From: Klebsormidium nitens
Taxonomy: Eukaryota > Plantae > Klebsormidiophyceae
DNA length: 64,000 nucleotides
Direction: 5' to 3'
Assembly: GCA_000708835.1 (NCBI GenBank)
Contig: DF236988.1
Location: 186,001 to 250,000 of the forward strand
How positions within the stretch are numbered: position 1 is the stretch's first letter; each line of letters begins with the position of its first letter. Below, piece after piece: positions 60,400 to 64,000 of this stretch. The position numbers and the translations under genes were made by a program. Under the pieces are notes generated by a model. It was given only the letters and a program-made list of their open reading frames with translations. It was not told the origin of the DNA and made no database searches.

Positions 60400-62850
60400 G
60401 ATTATGTGTGGATCATGCACGAGGCGTCAGCTATTGACGCCGTCTTGGTTTATCACTCCCATAGAATTTGGAAAACCTGGAAATCACTGTCAGCATATGT
60501 TTGCTTTGTCCTGCATTTTTCTCGTCGGCAATGATCAGCTGCCGCCTGACCAATTGGTTTCGGTGGTCGGCTGCTGAAGTGAAGCCACTCAACAATGTAC
60601 GAACAGCTCCCCAGCGACTTCTATTTAGTGGGCATGAAAGTATAAGCCCGCTTTGAACTTCTCCTGACATCGTGTCAGTGAAAGATAAAAAATTGAATGA
60701 AGGTGGGACTCTTACTTTTCCTCACAGTCGATGGAAACGCCTTTGCGTCAAACTGGCCACCTTCAAAACCAATCTTTGCTGATTGAAATACACGATCTTG
60801 AACTGTTAGACGAGAGTGGTTGATCAGACGGTCTAAGAGCCATGTATAGCGAAGGCCAAAAACTCGAAGGGGAGGGCGGCAGACTTGCGTAGACAGGTTT
60901 CGGCAGTTGACGTAGTGCACCAAGCTGACGCCATATTTTGAGCCTATGCGCTAATCAAGATGAACATAATGAAAGGCGTGACCTTGACCTTCGTGTGCTT
61001 TAGCACGAGAGAATGGAAACACGTACGACCGATCGTACGTGACTCCCCTCTTGGTGGGCGGTGCCTCTCGAAAATTGTCGCCTTCCAATTGCGGTCCGTT
61101 CAGAATTCTTCAAGGTTTCACAATCAGTTGCGCCTGCCACAGAACTTCGTCCAACCATACTCGTACAGCCTTGCATGAAAGCAGACCAAGACAGCACCAG
61201 CAAAACCGACATTTCCTTCATCGGCGAGGCTTTGCCCTTCGAGTTAGAAAAAGAAGAGCTGGTTAGACGCTCAATGCTCTCTTTCCCGGCTCCCGGGTCC
61301 TCAGACCTACTTTCGGTGCGGCGATGATGAACGCTCAATGAATGGCCATAGGTCACTCGCCGTTGACCGGATCGACTTGATGCCGCGCTCTTCCTTTCGT
61401 TACTTTCTCGACCTTTCGTAGCGTATGTCAGCACGCTACGTGTTATTGAATGCGTTTACTCCATACATGACATCCTTAGGATCAAACAATCGGGATGTCT
61501 TGGACATCATCCACTGCATCCACTGTCTGGAATTAGCAGTGGGCAACGCTTCCACTCCATGAGGCCACATGAGCAAGTACGTGGATTGATGCAAGATGCG
61601 TCAGCTGTTAATGTCGTCTTAGGTTACTCCAAAGACTGTGCAAGAGTAAAGCGGATGTCGTCAAGCATCGCTTCGTGCGATGACGAGTTGCTGCCGGATC
61701 AACTGGTCAGGCTCTGCAAACATCTGTTCGACTGAAGCCGCTCAACAATGTCTCAACAGCTTTTCAGCCACTCAAGCTTGTCCCCAACAGGGACCACTTT
61801 CGGAGTTTCTTTCAACCACAACACTTACATAGTCGACGCGAGAGTTTCGAATGAGTAGCCGTGGACAGTCAAGCCTTCTTTTTGTGTGTGTGTAGAAAAT
61901 GTCACACGAAGCCGGCCTACAACCTGTTTGCGGTCACGTAAGACCAACGAACAATGCTGCGCTTTCAAGTAGCCAGCCGAAGCAATGCAGAGATGAACTA
62001 TGTCTTTACATCCGTGGCACTGATGACCGTGATTGATCCGCGGGGTCATGAGAGTACTCGAGTGAGTCTCCGACGCCACAACATTCCAACTGTATTCCAG
62101 GAACACCGCAACTTCGATCGCCTGACTGTTAAGTTAGGTGGGCCGACTTAGATCCTGACCTGACGAGACGACTTGGCAAGCACTTTTCAGGCAGATCAGC
62201 TCTTATGCTGTTCTATATGGGCTCGAAGTAAACCCTTGAAGGGGAGCCCATCCTTGAAGCAACGCGGATTCGAACCTACATGAAGCTTTAATATCGTGCC
62301 AGCTCATTCTTCGACGTACGATCCCTTATCTTGTCCCTTGTATCCAACTTCGCTTGTCCCAAACCTCCGCGGTGTGTCTTCTAACATTCATTGAAATCTC
62401 GTCTCTTGCTATCAGTCAGGGCTCTCTCAAACGTTAAGTAAGACATAAGAGTCATCAATAAGACTCATTGGACCTATTGGACCTGGTTTATACCACTCAT
62501 TTTCAATCTCTGCCTACATTCCATCCGATTTAGGAACATTTCGAGCTCGCTTTCTCCAACATAGTCTCAGTCGCCGGTACGTCCTAGATTTCGAGAAGGC
62601 CTATGATCGAAAGTGAGGGATCGAGTTGCCACATTGGAAGTCTCCGCCTCACCTTCTTTTGAGGCGGGTCCTGGACAAAGCAATATTTTGCGATCCGATT
62701 GACCAATCTGATGTTGTGAGTCCCGGTAGTGATGGATTTCGAGGTGGCGTGTCCGTCCGCCATATTTCGGATTCCTTCGCCCAAACGCCGGCAGTCGCAG
62801 AGACGTTCGTCCCTATTCGCTTTCTCCGATCTTCTTCTAATGAATGACAA
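60400..62850 (-). mobile_element. Decayed DIRS-type (tyrosine recombinase) retrotransposon relic
   Basis: Ordered degenerate motifs on the minus strand: PQKK..R (~62670), LIDDSY (~62460), LQGFTSSPY (~62243-62213), FLEYSWNVVA (YxDD position, ~62100), PVGDKLEW (~61790), TLTADAS (RNase H, ~61610), then YR-like YEYGWTKFC (~61165) and HFSSRPPKPI (~60580). Confidence 0.5.
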
Positions 62851-64000
62851 CTTGCTAGCATAGATGAACTTGTGGTGACGTCACGGCTAACGCTCGCCGC
62901 AGATTACCACTCTGACCACAGTCCTGATCAGGAACTTTTCGGGACTGTGAATCGAGACGCTCTCGGTTGCCGGATCACGCGCTCAAAGCGCTTCTGTTAT
63001 ATGACCTTTCAACGAAGCGGATAGTTTGGGAAAGACTATTCTCAAAAGCGCTCATCTGCGTGGACAGAGGCGGCGACTGCCAGTGCAGTCCCGGCCGTCA
63101 ATGTCTTTGTACGTGCCTGCAAAATAATTGCGTTTACATCTTCATTTATTCAATTCTTTGCGAGGAGCTTTGCTCGTAGAAGAAACTCAGGGGCTCTTCT
63201 TGTTGTGTGACCACTTCATAGTCCGGCGATGACAGAGTGGTCACCTAACCGTACGGCCAGATGATGATCCGCGCGTCTTGACGCGAGGGCTATTCACACC
63301 GATACACGTACTTCATAACTCCCGACGGCACACAGATGTGAAAACGCCCACCCAACTTTTGAGCAGAGTCTTTCGACCGCCAACGGTGTCGCTGGTGCTA
63401 GCTTCCCATATCCAGTTGGAAACTCTGCTTCCTTGCCTGGATCTTTTTGAGATGCTCCCACATGCCTGCCACTGCAATCCAACGACTCTGAAAGGTGACG
63501 TGACGGCCCGGATGCGTCTAGGTTATACGTCTAGATTGGACCAGTTGATTGCCCCAAGAGTATCGTTTTGATTCAACACTTGGGCTTTGCAGCTGGTAAA
63601 TAGACGGTTGGGGTTGTGGAGAGCCGACGTAGGTTATACATGAGTTACATCCACTGGAATGGTTCTCATTCTGTTGCCCACGATTGCACAAGCAGGCAAG
63701 CTAGGGTCTGCTTCTATGTACGTGCAATCGCAAATGTGCCGTGCGGTTTCTATGACCGGAGAACGGCGGCGCATGCCATCGTATTATCAGCAGATTTGAC
63801 CTTAGCATTCATGAATCGAGCAAAGCGAAACAACAAACTGGCACGTCGGCAAAACAGAACAATAGTCTTTGGTATTTCGCTTCGTTGACCACGTGTAGCA
63901 TGAACCACATGATGAGCCATGTGTCTGCAAGGATCCGCTTATGTGAGAGGACATTGACGACGTTGCATAATTGAATACTCGGCAAACAACTCTCCCAATG

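Noticed and set aside
63499-63514. 14-bp inverted match (gtgacggcccggat) to ~11630-11645
   Set aside because: Similarity does not extend; compatible with chance.

Overview
Eukaryotic, intron-rich, GC3-rich nuclear DNA. Plant-type iPGAM and MED16 alongside an axonemal dynein intermediate chain suggest a flagellated streptophyte alga such as Klebsormidium (inference). Seven spliced genes, reconstructed by hand, alternate strictly in strand: a frameshifted C-terminal-MYND zinc-finger gene (+), DNAI3/WDR63/IC140 (-), iPGAM (+), an atypical bZIP (-), proteasome alpha-6 (+), VPS25 (-) and MED16 (+). There is a 541-N assembly gap. The right end holds decayed Ty1/copia and probable DIRS retroelement relics. 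The most striking unexplained structure is a set of 'exon-end echo' arrays. In three unrelated genes, introns contain 1-5 tandem, decayed copies (about 110-190 bp period) of the adjacent splice site plus the first or last 40-110 nt of the neighbouring exon. Acceptor echoes lie upstream of the intact exon and donor echoes lie downstream. One array carries five GC-type donors and another offers an in-frame alternative acceptor (+52 aa). No database search or alignment was run; identities come from recognised motifs.
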